Positions 47,821 to 60,520 of a stretch of DNA of 64,000 bases are shown piece after piece. Source of the DNA: Psammoneis japonica (Eukaryota). Position 1 is the first letter of the stretch; each line of letters opens with the position of its first letter. The notes below the pieces were generated by a model that was not told the origin of the DNA, ran no database searches, and saw nothing but the letters and a program-made list of their open reading frames with translations. A program made the position numbers and the translations under genes. The DNA is taken from assembly GCA_008632985.1 (NCBI GenBank), contig QPGO01000245.1, forward strand, positions 1 to 64,000. The letters are read 5' to 3'.

Positions 47821-48459
47821 ACGAGCGTTTAAAAAGATGGGCTAGAGCTACCGCCAATTGTGACAGCAGAGGCAGAAGCGAAGGATAAGGAGGCAGACGA
47901 AAAAGAAGTCCTTCATGCTTACTAGAGAAACATTTTACCAAGCAATTAAAATAGATCCAAAGAAGACTGAATTGCCTTAGCCGGCTCCTACAAGGAAAGA
48001 TGTTCCTTGTTTTTATTCTAAAAGCTTATCAATGCACTACTGTACAAGGGAAGGCACGGCCTGACAAGGGTAAATAAAGTCGCGTAGCCAAATGTCGATA
48101 AACTCCTGGTCCACATTTTGTTCGAGGAACGTAAGGCGCGGGGCGGGACCCGCTGTTACTTAAACCTTGTGTATCGACATGAGGCTACGGCCCAATTCGA
48201 ACCTGTGAGGGATCAAGGGAGGGAGACCTTTGTTTTTTTGGGGGGGGGGGGGTGAGAGAGCGGTGGTTTGGAGTGCGATCCAATCCAAGAAGGATCACAC
48301 TCCAAACCTAAGAAACGGCGAGTGATTAGTGAAACGAGCGAAAACAGAAATAATGTGGCAACGATAGGACAAAAGCACACACTACTCACCTTCAGTGTCA
48401 CCGCCAAGCAAAACCCTACTCGCGAGCAGATTGAGTGAGTGGTAAGGACGGCTCGCAAC

Positions 48460-48775
48460 ACTGGACGGACAAGACGAACTGGAGGTATTGGAGCTTGTGG
48501 AGAAGGATCATGGAGAATAGATGGAACACAGTACAGCAGACAAGACGAACTGAAGGAATTGGAGGTGAGGGGGTGGATTATGTCGAATGCGAACGATGTG
48601 GAGGTGTTTTGGTGACGAATGAAATATCGTGGAGGGAGTGACGAGTCGGCAGAGAGATAAAGGACGAACATGACGAACTAGAGGTATTTGTGGTGGTGGA
48701 GAGTGATCATAGAGAAATTGTGGTGAAGAGAGAACAACTCAGTAAAGGACGGACAGGACGAACTTGAGGCATTGG
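48460..48775 (+). repeat. Four imperfect copies (about 27 nt) of ggacggacaagacgaactggaggtatt, irregularly spaced
   Basis: The core gacgaact occurs at about 48473, 48544, 48672 and 48756. Confidence 0.7.
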
Positions 48776-49129
48776 GCGAGCGATTTGGAGGTTTTGTGGT
48801 GACAAATGAGACGTTGTGGATGGAGTAGAGCGTCGTGAGAGGGACAGATTGAGTTGAAGGCGATTGTAGTCTCGAAATGGATGTTTGGACATGGTGGTGT
48901 AGAGGCTCCAGTGAATACAACCAGAAAGAGTAAGACGCACCAACAAGCATCCAATCACGAAAATATAGGCACTCACCTTGGTCCTATGTCTTGAGAGCCG
49001 GTCGTACAAGGGGGATCCCACCGAAGCTATAACAGGGAAAGAAAGGTGAGTAGATAAGGATGGTGATGCGCAGCAAGACATGACCGCCAATTCACACACG
49101 ACACTGACGAACGACAAAGAGGAAGAACC

Positions 49130-50150
49130 AATCCCTCCAACCGCGATACAAAACAAAGCATGCACCAAACGCAAAGCGACGCAAGAAAAACGACGATCGA
49201 GAAAGCACACGCAGAATGACGAAATATGCAACCCCGCAGCAAAGAACACAAAGCGAAAACAAGAAACCCGCACACACAGGCAACGAAAGCCGAGCAGCCA
49301 ACAACAAGAGCAGCAGAAATATCGACGACCCTTCAACCGCGATACAAAACAAAGCATACACCAACAACAAAGCGACGCAAGAACAACGACGATCGAGAAA
49401 GCACACGCAAATGACAAAATATGCAACCCCGCAGAAAGAGTACAAAGCGAAAAAAGAAATGCGCACACACAGGCAACGAAAGCCAGGCAGCCAATGACAA
49501 GAGCAGCAGAAACATCGACGATAACCCCGCAAATGCAGATACAAAAAAACGAAACATTGCAGCAACTGTGTCAGGGAACAAAAAACAAAAGCAAGACAAC
49601 AGCAAAGCAACACAAAACAATGCACCCGCAATCAAAGAAGCACAGTGCAATGTAATTTAGCACCACAGCAAACACAATCATGCATCAAGAAAATTCCAAC
49701 AACAATGCGAAACGAAACCCGCAAACACTGACAAGAATAACAACCAAAAGACAACAAACAAAACAAGATGGCGCAGCGATACAAAACGAAAAGCAGGGTC
49801 CGATAACCACCTCTTGAGAGCTCCACCATAGCTGTGACAAGGGAAATGTGTGAGTGGCAAGGAATGGCAAGTCAAGGACACAAGTTCTTAATCGGCAGTG
49901 GCAAACGACAACGACGAAAGACTAAACCTTCCAACAGCGATACAAAACAAAGCATGCAACAACAGCAAACAGGAGCAAGAACAACGACGACCGAGAAAAC
50001 ATGCGCAAGACGACGCAACATGCAACCCCGCAGCAAAGAATACAAAGCGCAAACAACAAACCCGCAAACACAGGCAACGAGAGAACCGCCAGCCAGCAAA
50101 AAGAGCAGCAGAAACATCGACGATGACCCCGCAAATGCCGACACAAAAAA
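49130..50150. repeat. A/C-rich repeat of about 190 bp, 3 copies (about 49135, 49330, 49930)
   Basis: gcgatacaaaacaaagcat..cgagaaa..atgcaaccccgca..cacaggcaacga..gagcagcagaaa is repeated. Confidence 0.85.
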
Positions 50151-50759
50151 AAAAGATGAACGATTGCAGCCACTTAATCAGCAAACAAAAGCACAACAAC
50201 CGCAAAGCAACGACAACGAGCCCCACCAACAGCAAAGCAAAAAAGAGCAAATCGACTGCGATACCGGCAATCACAGAAACGCAACATTGTGATTTGCAAC
50301 GCAACAAACATGGTCAAGCATCAAGCACACCTCCAACACCGATGCGATGCGAAATGCGAAAACAATGACAAATCATGGCAACGACGAAAGCAAACAAGAA
50401 GATGGCGCAGCGAAACAGCAACACAATCCCGTCAACAACAACATGCGAATGCAGTGCAAAACGAAATCCCAGATTGCCGGGTCCGACAACCAGCACCAAC
50501 ATGCCGTCTCCATCTTGAGGCAAGAACAAAAGTGCACATCAATGACGAAGCTTGCAGCTTGCAGGTCAAACAAAAGAATGCCTGCCCCACCTCAGCAGGT
50601 GCGCGCAAGCTCCATTGAAGACAGCACAATCGCTCAAACAAACAGCCCTCCGCGCCGCAGAGTTGTGGCCAACTCCTCCGGTGGGAATGCACACAGACGT
50701 GCCCTGGAGGAAGTTTCCGGCTGCTGTCAGCTTCCGCAATAGACTGGAGAAATGGCATT

Positions 50760-53700
50760 TTAAGTGTGGCGAGAACCTCGAGGACCGACGAAGCACGCAA
50801 GCGTTCTCGGAATGAAGGCAAACGCCGCCAACGGCATTGTCAAGACAAGCGGAGCGCCGAAGAACTCGTGGCTTACAATTGCGGACTGGGGTGGGGTGTG
50901 GAGGAGGAACATGGGGGTCTTGTGGCAGTGGTGGCTGCTGAATCGGGGGATCTTGTGGCAGTCAGCCATCCTCGGCCTGAAGAGGAGGGGCTGGGTCTTG
51001 AGGATGGATCGGAGGATCCGGTGGCATGGGATGCGGCGGAATCGGGTCTTGGTGATGAACGGTGTCTTCGTCGTGTGCACAATGAACTGGAAAAGGCTCA
51101 TCATCATCATCATCATTGTCATCAGGAGCGATGCAATTTTGCACTGCAGTCCAAAGAAGCCCTGTTGCCAGCAACCAAATCACGTTGACAAAAGGAGATG
51201 AAGATGACCTCTGCGTCACAACAGCTCGACTCGGAAGGTGAAGCTTAAAAGCATTCAATGCAAGATGCTTCCGAGGCGGAAAGCGATCTGTGATGGCCTC
51301 CAAAGCAACAAGCTGACGACTTGAAATGATCACCAATGCCTTAGATGACGCCGGTTTCCAAAGTGGGACACGAACAGCCTGAGACTTTTGGGAATCCTGA
51401 ATGGTCAGAGGCAGAGCCGTGGACGAAACAACAACCAAGGCCTTGGAAGGAGCAACCACAACAGCTTTGCAAGGAACAATCATCAACTCACCTCTTGGAC
51501 GAACCACCAAAGCCGTCGATCCAAAGTGAGATGGCGGCATCGCCACAGAACCGCTCATCGATCGTGAAGAAGAGGCATGGTGCAAGACCAGAAAGCCCAA
51601 GGAACCAACAACAAGAAAAGTGCGACTCAGCAGGGGCAAGCTTCGTGGTTCTTTGAATTTCTTGTCATTTTTAATCCACACCTGAGCCTCCTCATCTCCA
51701 TTGCAAAGCACTCGGCGAGTCGCCACTTCATCGATGTCACTGGGTGTAGTTCGAGCACAAGAAAGCCAAATGATGATTGTCAAGACAAGCCCAATCACAA
51801 GCAACCATTTCGAAGGAATTGTCTGGAATGTAGATGGGGCTGACAGCACATGTTCCTGACTCTGTGCATGAATTGACATGGCATTCGGAACAGACGCAGC
51901 GGCCGCATGCCCCAAAATTGGGACTCGAATCGACAAGGCCTTGCTCGAATCCGGAATTGCCGGTGCCAACCGCGTTCGACGGAATGACCATCAAGGCCTT
52001 GGATGGTGCAACCATCAATTCACCAAGAGGCCGGATTGACAAAGCCACACATCCTGAATGTGAAGACAGCCGGCAGACAGAATCGCTCATTGTTCGGGGC
52101 AAAAAGTGGAACCACCAGAAGAAGAGAAGCGAGACGCAGATTGCGAAGAGAGCGACAAGAATGCAGAAGACAGGCCACCAAGTCATCGTTGGTCCAGGCT
52201 CTTCCTTGCCGCATCTGGCATCATCAAATCCAGCTTGAATGAAGACATGACCGATTGCAACCAGCACCCATGACGGAGGCACGCGAATGAATGAAGAAGC
52301 CCTCGAAAACGCAACACCTCGACCGCAGCATGAAAGACGTCGGCCGAGAATGAGATGGCGGCAAGCTCACAGAATGGAACATTGGTCAAGGAGACGAGAC
52401 AAGACACCAGACGAAGAAAATCCAGGAACCGACAGCAAAGAAATGTCGAATCCAAAAGAGTGAGAATCGTGGTTCTTTGACTTCCTTGACGTCTTCGATC
52501 CAGAACTGAGCTTCCTCGTCTCCGTCACGAAGAATGCACCAATCCCTTCCTTCCTCGTTGTTGCAAGGCGTGTTTTGATTCCGAACAACTCCAAAAAGAA
52601 TCAAGACAATGCCCATCACAAGCACCCACGTAAAAGAACACATCAGGAATGCAGTTGGAGCAGATGGCATGGGAACTCGAATCGACAAGGCCTTGCTCGA
52701 ATCCGGGATGACAGGCGCCAATGCCTTCGACGGAACGACTGCCAATGCCTTGGATGGTGCTGCAATCAATTCACCAAAAGGCCGGATCGCAAGAGCCGTG
52801 CATCCCAAATGTGAAGACAGTCACAAGAGAGAATCGCTCATTGTTCGAGGCAAAGAGTGAAGCCGCCAGAAGAAGAGAAGCCAGACGTAGATTGCAAAGA
52901 GAGGGACAAGAACATAGAAGGCGGGCCACCAACTTGTCACTGGTCCAGCCTCTTCCTCGCCGCATCTGGCATCGTCGAGCCTCGCTTGAAATGGAGGCAT
53001 GCGAATGAAAGAAGAAGCCCTCGACAATGTCACACCTCGACTCCGGACATGCAGTGCAATCTCTCTCGATGGAAGAAGCTTCCGAGTTGGAACGCGACTT
53101 CTTGTAGCCTCCAACGTAACAAGCTCTTGACTTGAAATGATTGCCAAGGCCTTCAATGACGCCGGCTTCCAAAGCGGAACGCAAATCGTCAGAGACTTCT
53201 TGGAGTCCGGGATGGTCAGTGCTAATGCCTTGGAAGGAACGAATCGCAAGTGCCTTGGAAGGGGCGATCATGATGGCTTTTGAGGCTTTGGACGGAGTGA
53301 GCATCAAAGTCTCAGACGACACAACAGCCAGCCCACCCAAAGGACGAATCGCAACAGGTTTCGATTCAGAAGATGAAACCAAAGAGACATGGCACCAAGC
53401 GAGCAGACACAATGAAGCGATTGCAAAGAAGCAACGAATGAACCACAGGATCCAACCTCTCACATGATTGGTTCTTTTGTTCTCTTTTTCAATCGGCTCG
53501 TCTTGTCCCAATTCCCTGCATTTGATTGCATTCGATGCAAGGTCCTCGACTCGTTCGGTTTGGCGACGGTTGAGCAATTCAAGGTGCACCAGCTCCTGTT
53601 CATGACCCAATTCACCTCCAGCAATCTGCTCCAGCAACTTCTGCGTTGCCTTGGGATCGTCAAACAGCATGACAGGCTGGACAGGATCAAGAACCTGTTG

Positions 53701-55700
53701 GGATAGCACATGCACGGAAGTCATGGTGAGACAACGACAACAAATAAAAAGAACGAGCAACAAAGAAGGAAAGCCACCAATGCACAAGCCGAACGATTGA
53801 CTCACCTTTTGGTTGGGACAACGCGATGCGTGATGCGTGCAGATGGATCTCCTTCGTCATCGTCATCATAACTCGATTGACGGGATGGCTCATTTCCTTC
53901 CTCGTCTGTCTTTTGAAGTGTCAGAGTGTCAGCTTGAATCGCCGCATTGCGCCCGTTGAACTCATCGGCAAACACAGGGACACATGACATGAGGACCTGC
54001 AGGGGGAAAACACATGGATTGGAACAACAATGAGACAACAATCTCCCAAACAGCAAAAAACCTGAAACTTTCATGCTGTGGACGACATGCCGAATCAATG
54101 ACTTACATTTTTGAGAGGAGAATGCTCGAGTGCTTCTGGCTCTCCCCAGCCGTCAAAACTGGCTTGCTTCTCCTCTTCTGAAGAATCGGTGTGTCCGCTT
54201 CAGCCGTCTCCTTGTCCTCGCGTTCCGGCATGGTCGCACTGCGCCGGTTGAGTGCAGAAAATTCAGCGGCCAAAGCAGGGACGCAAGGTGCGAGGACCTG
54301 CAGGAAAAGACAAAAAGATTGAAACAAGGGTGAGATGACAAGCCTGAATGACAGCAAACAATCCGAAACTTTCACACTGTAGACGACATGCCAAATGAAT
54401 GACTTGCATTTTTGAGAGGAGAATACTCGAGTGCTTCTGGCTCTCCCCAGCCGTCGTCGAAACTGGGTCGCTTCTCTTTCTTCTGGAGAATCGGCATGTC
54501 CACTTGAGCCATCTCCTTGTCCTCACATTCTAGCACAGTTGCATTGCGCCGGTTGAGTGCAGAAAATTCAGCGGCCAAAGCAGGGACGCATGACACGAGG
54601 ACCTGCTGGAAAACACACATAAATTGTGACGACGATGAGACAACAATTACCCAAACACAGAAAAACGCAAGGCATGCTGGCAAATGACACGTCGAATGAA
54701 TGACCCACATTTTTGAGAGGAGAATGCTCGAGCACTTCTGGCTCTCCCCAGCCGTCGTCGAAACTGGGTCGCTTCTCTTTCTTCTGGAGAATCGTGTCCG
54801 CTTGAGCCGTCTCCTTGTCCTCGCGTTCCGGCACAGTTGCATTGCGCCGGTTGAGTGCAGAAAATTCAGCAGCCAAAGCAGGGACGCATGACACAAGGAC
54901 CTGCAGGAAAACACACATGTGTCATGACGATGATGAGACAACAAGTCCCCAAACACAAGGCACACTGGCAAACAATGTGTCGAATGAATGACTTGCATTT
55001 TTGAGAGGAGAATGCTCGAGCACTTCTGGCTCTCCCCAACCGTCGTCAAAACTGGGTCGCTTCATTTTCTTTGGAGCATGCGCTTGAGCAGTCTCGTTTT
55101 TCTCGCATTCAAGAATCTCTGGTGCAAAGGGCCCATCACCTGGGATGCATGATGTGAGAACCTGCGGAAAGGCAATTCGATGGAAGCAACGGTGAGATGA
55201 GGACAATCCAATCACAGCAAATCCGCAAGACTCAAAGGCAACACGCTGAATGATCAACTCACATTTTTCACAGGAGAGTGCTCGAGAACTTTCTGCTCGT
55301 CGCCACCCCAGGGGACGAGGCGCACTCCCTCCTCTTTTTCTTGGAGATTCAGAGGTGCGGCTTGACCTTTCTCCATGGCCTCGATTTCAAGAATCTCCAG
55401 CCCATGGAGCCCGTCAAAGCGTTCATCGAGAGTCCACTTGTTGTCGAAACAAGTGGGACATGACTCGAGAGCCTGTGGTCATTGTAGATCAAATGAAACC
55501 GCAATGGTGAGACAATGAGAAGAAACCAGACACAGCGACAGCACAACAGAAGAGAGAGCGACAGAGAGAGAGAGCAAGCCACGAAAGCGATCACAGCAAA
55601 CTGCACGACTGAAACACAATGCGCAGTCAACTTGCCTCCTTTTTGTCTCGTCCAAGTGAGACAAAGCCTTGCTCTTCGGCAAGGTTGACCTCGGGATGGG
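50760..55700 (-). pseudogene. Multi-exon, internally repetitive gene of unknown function, undergoing decay
   Basis: Repeated peptide (A/S)IRPxGELxxxPSKAL (the 51921 and 52671 blocks are offset by about 750 bp). Five exon-like units end VLE(Y/H)SP(L/V)KN|gt and have cag|g acceptors. Stops and frameshifts are present. Confidence 0.55.
53980..55290 (-). repeat. Tandem exon+intron duplication, about 290-300-bp unit
   Basis: catttttgagaggagaatRctcgag..cttctggctctcccca occurs at about 54106, 54407, 54708 and 54996, and gacctgc acceptors recur with the same period. Confidence 0.85.
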
Positions 55701-56204
55701 CATCCGGGTCTTGTTCACAGCAAGTGGCATCAGAGTGCGCAACCGTGCTTGTCATGGTCATCGCAAAAGCTTTCAAAGGTGTCATTCACTGCAAATCAAA
55801 GAAAGTGAGCTTGTTTCAGTGATGCTCTAAGAGAGTCAGAGATGCAGGGGACAGGTTTGCCGTCATGGTTCAGTTTGTCGACGTTTGGCAAAACCGCTGT
55901 CGAACCAAAAAACATGCAACATTCAAGACTGAAGAGACTGTGATCTGAGTTCCACGCAATCACTGCACTGCACACTTCGCATGTTCGACAATGTTTGGGG
56001 TCGTGGGAAAGGTTCATTGCTCAGCAATTCCGCCGATTCATTTCCGTGGAGTCGTTCCTGACATTTTAAAAATTATGATTGGTGAACAACATGATGCAAC
56101 ACTGCACTTCTTACAACCAAACACGGTGTTTTTACAACTCAATCCCCTCAAAAGTGCCGGTGACTTTCAAAAACCAACACTGACACAAACAAAAGCTCAT
56201 TGTT

Positions 56205-56295
56205 CTTGAGGGTGCCCTTGCCTGGTGCTAGAGCCATGATTCACCAACCTCTTGGCAGAGCACAGGGACAAGCTGAGGATGTTGAATCCAAACAA
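56205..56295 (+). pseudogene. clpP: Clp protease proteolytic subunit fragment
   Basis: PLPGARAMIHQPLGRAQGQAEDV matches the ClpP signature ALPNxRxMIHQPLGGAQGQAxDI. Confidence 0.7.
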
Positions 56296-57482
56296 AGAAG
56301 GCGTGCACAACACCAGACTGCTCTGACTGGTTTGTGTGTGTGTCTGCAGAGTCGTGGCTGGAAGTTGGCTCCAGCAGAGAGCAAATGACAAAGCAACTGA
56401 TTCAGCTGTTGCAGTGCTTGAGCAGTCCTGCACTCCAGTTGCACAACACAGGGGTGACACAGGGGTGACAATTGCCGGAAAACAGCTGCTCTCCAAAGGC
56501 ACAAAACATTGCAACATGCATGACAAAGATTGGAGAATCTCATTGCGCCATCTACAAAACCAGGCCAAAAGAGCCAACGTGTCTTGGTCAACAATGGCAC
56601 CCAAATCATGGTCTCATTGATTGCTTTCATTGCAGGACAAGACTTGCAGCTCGGATGTTGCTCTCCCACACCTCACCTTGAGTCTCCAGTCTTGTCCTCC
56701 TCGCTGCCACTCCAAGAGCGGAAAAGTTTTTGTCATGATTGGCACATCTGTCAAGAGTGGGCAAGTCTCTGGCAAAAGGACATGCTCTTTGGACGGAGAG
56801 AGATCACGATTTGGGGTGGGGGTTGTCAGGAAAATGCGCAACATTCAAAACACAGTGAAGTTGGTTGCTGGGAGAGGGCACACCAGGTGATGGCTCTCAA
56901 ACTGCATGCTGCTGAGTGAATCAAGAAAGCTTTTGGTTTGAGTCTTTAGGACATTGCAAAGGTTGCTGCAAGATTGTTCATGCCAAAAAGCTGTCAAATG
57001 TCACGAAACAAGAACAAACGACATTCGCTGCTGACGCAGGTGTGACCTCAATTGACACGGAAAATACGGAGTTCAAAGTTGTGCGGATGATGCAGAATGA
57101 GGTGATGAATTTGAATCTTCAGCTGACAGACATCTCATGCAGCAAAGCGCTCAGATTTTGCTCTTTTCATCTTCAAACAGCTCTTTCCGGTGTTCCCAAG
57201 TGTGGGTGATTTCGAGCACCGCGTCTTTCGAAGTTTGATTCTCTGTTCTTCGGATGCCTTCAATGGGACAACAAATGACGACTTCTCCTCCAGCAAGACA
57301 TGCTAACTTATTTCTAATCCCGAGGACAGTCACGCCGTTCAAGACCTTGCAAGCCAAATGAACTGGGCTGGCACATTTCAATTTGGACAAACAGCTCTGT
57401 CGATGGTCTCTACATTAAGAAATTTGAGCTCTAGAGTAAATACAATGTTAACTTATGTACTGTTTTCTGGTAGAGCCACATA

Positions 57483-58607
57483 CTAAACGGAAAGGGCTTG
57501 ACGATATTTTCGGCACGAGTTGTCAATGGAGAAATAGTTGCAAAGCATACAACACGGTTTGCTTGCCACGTGTTGTTCACTGTACCTTTCAAGGGAGCAC
57601 AACGTCATGGACAATGCCACTTGAGGTTCGACTTCATACCATAAATTCGTGGACGACGACGGCTGAGGAACTAGGAATCGTCCCCGAGGAGTCGAATCGT
57701 AAATGGCCTTGACGGCCACCTTGGCCATGTCTGTCAGTCTTGAAGTATCCGTCGTTGCTAGAACATTGAACGAGTCCGTAATGCTGGCGTCAATAATGGC
57801 CAGGAAACGAAGATTTCCAAGATTGGTTGTAGTTAATACGCCTTCACTGGTTCCACCGCATAGCACATCATGATCGCCAACTTGGGAGTATGGAATGCCT
57901 CGCTTCTTCCACTGGATAGCATTCTGTGACGAACTTGTTCTTTCGCCTCTGCTTCGGTTGCTTTGGGAAAATGGTTTCTTTCTCTTGGCTTTACCATTCT
58001 TGTTGTTAGAATCAAAGACAACATCGCGATCGAATCGAACTCGCTTTTTCTTGGGCACTTCTGACGGTTCTGGCGGCTGCAGGCCTTTCTCCAAGGAGGA
58101 ATCAGATGACATGGAAGAACTGCTTGTCCGCACCAACAAGAGACTTTCCGCAGCTTCCAAGTCTTGCTCCAAATTGCGTTTCTTGCTATCCGCAGGATCC
58201 ATAGGCTTTTTCGTCAAGCCGTAAAAGTCAAGGAGTGCACTGAAAATGAATTCAGCCGCATCTCTGGAATCGAGTATGGGTGTCCACTCGTTGTTCGCTT
58301 GAGACACATCCTTCACAAAGATCTGACCTCGTCCACTCTCGCACAGCGATCCCATTAACGACGTTGCAACGCTTCGTGCGTTTGTATCTTGTCGGTATTC
58401 TTGAAGAAACTTTCCTTGGTTTAACTCGGCCAGGCACTGAAAAAACTGATGCCCGGAATGCTGACTCTCTGCCAAGGTGACTGTCGAGTTGTCGCCGTGC
58501 ACCAGCAGATAGACATCGTGAGATGAACTTTCGATATTCACGTGTCGCATGCTTTCGTTGTTACCAAGTGTCGATGATCGCCGGGGATGAATTTGTGAAC
58601 CTTTCAT
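57483..58607 (-). CDS. Diatom DUF6824-like domain protein
   Basis: ORF of normal composition from MKGSQ, with HDVYL..GHQFF and DHDVLCGG..GNLRFL..RGRFL, and an NLS-like PKKKRVR. Confidence 0.75.
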   Translation of the reverse strand: MKGSQIHPRRSSTLGNNESMRHVNIESSSHDVYLLVHGDNSTVTLAESQHSGHQFFQCLAELNQGKFLQEYRQDTNARSVATSLMGSLCESGRGQIFVKDVSQANNEWTPILDSRDAAEFIFSALLDFYGLTKKPMDPADSKKRNLEQDLEAAESLLLVRTSSSSMSSDSSLEKGLQPPEPSEVPKKKRVRFDRDVVFDSNNKNGKAKRKKPFSQSNRSRGERTSSSQNAIQWKKRGIPYSQVGDHDVLCGGTSEGVLTTTNLGNLRFLAIIDASITDSFNVLATTDTSRLTDMAKVAVKAIYDSTPRGRFLVPQPSSSTNLWYEVEPQVALSMTLCSLERYSEQHVASKPCCMLCNYFSIDNSCRKYRQALSV

Positions 58608-58829
58608 GGTTGAAAAAGCATTCGCCGTTTGATGTGAAGTGAGGCCTATCTCTTGCGTTTTAGGCGTGAGAATTATGATGGCGAAAATGTGACCGAAAAA
58701 AAAGGCCAAAAATGCTTTGCCGTAGAAATATACCAGGATCTCCGTAGAGAAGACATTCTGGGAACAGCTTGAACGTTCGTCAGCAAACCACGCCTGTGCA
58801 ATTTGGCCTACCGTGTGGCGTTCTGTCCG

Positions 58830-60520
58830 TGTGACCAGGCAGCGCTGACCTTCACTGTTTGTTCTGCACTGCACTGGAGACCCTCTCTATTCTCTACTGG
58901 CTCTAGAGAGAGCAGGGGCCTCACTGTAGCCCCAGCTGTGTGGACCTCTTTCTGCACCAGCCAGAGAGGCATCCATGGCAAAGAGCACCCAGCAACAGTG
59001 TGGCAGGAGCTGGAGAGGACCAACTCTCTCCAGAGTCACAAAGTGCCTGGGGATTCTTCGCGGCACCCAGCTTTTTCATCAGCAACAACAAGAAGGACCA
59101 AGCACTTTTGAAAGCTGCTGAGAACAGCCACACACTTCATGTTGTCCCATGTGCTTGACAGGTCATCTTTGGTTTTTGCAAACTTCAAGTGTGGCTCATT
59201 CTCGTGCAGTCTCAGCATCCAAAAAGAAAACACCCACATTGTTGAAGAGTTTGGGATCTTCTTGCTCTTCTTGCTGGGAAATGGCCACTGTGCCCTTCAT
59301 TTTTTTTGGGTGTGTGAGCCACTGCATTGATGTCAGTCCATCTGAAACTGCACTTGGCATTTTGTTGCAGAATCAAAGCTGCCACCACACACATGCTGCA
59401 CGTCTTGAGATGGAGCCATTGGCAGAGGTTGCTGGTTTTGCAATGGGGCAATGACCGTGTTGCTTCAAGGAACTCTTTTCCTCACATCTTGTTGTGTGGT
59501 TGTTTTTTTTCAAGCATGGCTTGTTCCCATCATCTTGCTGCCTTTTTGCTGTTTTGCTGTTGCCCCTTTTGGCTCTTTGTGCGCTTCCAGAGAAGCAAAG
59601 AAGCACACTTGTTTTGCTGCTGCAAAAAGTTGCTTGCTGCTCACTCTTTTCCATGTCTTGGTCAATTCAAGCTGTCCCTTCTTTCCTCATTGCAACAACT
59701 CCACCTCCTCCAAGATGCTGGTGCTGCCCTCTTGGATCATCACTTGCTGCTCAATCTCCAAAGGTGTGCTGTGCATTTTGGCACTGCAAGCAAGTTGGAG
59801 CAAAGATTGGGGCCCACCAACACAGCAACATTTGTGTCTGAAAGTGCAATGTTTACATCATCAAGTTTTTTCATTTCTTCCTCCAGAGCTGCAGCAGGTG
59901 CTCATCTCTGGAGATGCGTGGCTCATGATGCTGCCCAGATGCTTCTCCATTTTGGCTCGCTTGACTCTCAACAAATGTGGTCACATTTGCAACAGTTTGG
60001 TGATGCAAGCCAAGCATTGTGCCTTGATGGTCTTTGTTGGTTGCACCTCAACTTGACTTGCCCCATGGCACCCCAAATCTGCAGCTGTGTGTGTGACAGA
60101 GCTGGGCGCCGCCGACGCAGCAGTTGGCTGCAACCAAATTTGCAGCTTCTTTGGCAGTTGACTCAAGCCCATTTTGTTGCTCCTTGTCTGACACTTGCAA
60201 AACAAACTTTTACAAAATCAGCACGGCAATCTCTTCTTGATTGGTCATCATCCCAAGTGCCTTGTTCAGCCACCACCACCATGCTGAGCAATGGCCAGGC
60301 GTGGCAAATTGTCCTCTGTCTTCAGCACTCTGGAGAGATCTGTTTCCAACACCTGTCAGGAACTCATTTCCTTTTTTCTGGTGATGCGCAATCTCAAACC
60401 GCTTTCTTCCCTTGTTTGTCCGCGAGCTTGGCCAATTGAACTGGCTGAGTGACTGGCAATTTCTTGTGTTGCAACAAGGACATTTTGAAACAAGAACAGA
60501 AAACTCTCAGAGCGCAACTC
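58830..60520. other. Small hypermutated domain D (decayed sequence of unidentified origin)
   Basis: TpA and CpG are depleted between two normal, divergently oriented genes. Confidence 0.75.

Larger units (their letters stand above)
49000..57400. other. Hypermutated domain C (TpA strongly depleted, CpG largely retained up to about 56 kb)
   Basis: TA declines gradually from about 49 kb, while cga/tcg/gcg stay frequent through 49-55.7 kb. Confidence 0.8.

Noticed and set aside
48460..48775. CRISPR-like repeat/spacer appearance
   Set aside because: The repeats are imperfect, the spacing is irregular (about 70-130 nt), there are no cas genes, and the context is eukaryotic.
59327..60439. 370-aa plus-strand ORF
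   Set aside because: It lies in hypermutated, stop-poor DNA, is Cys/His/Leu-biased and has no recognisable domain.
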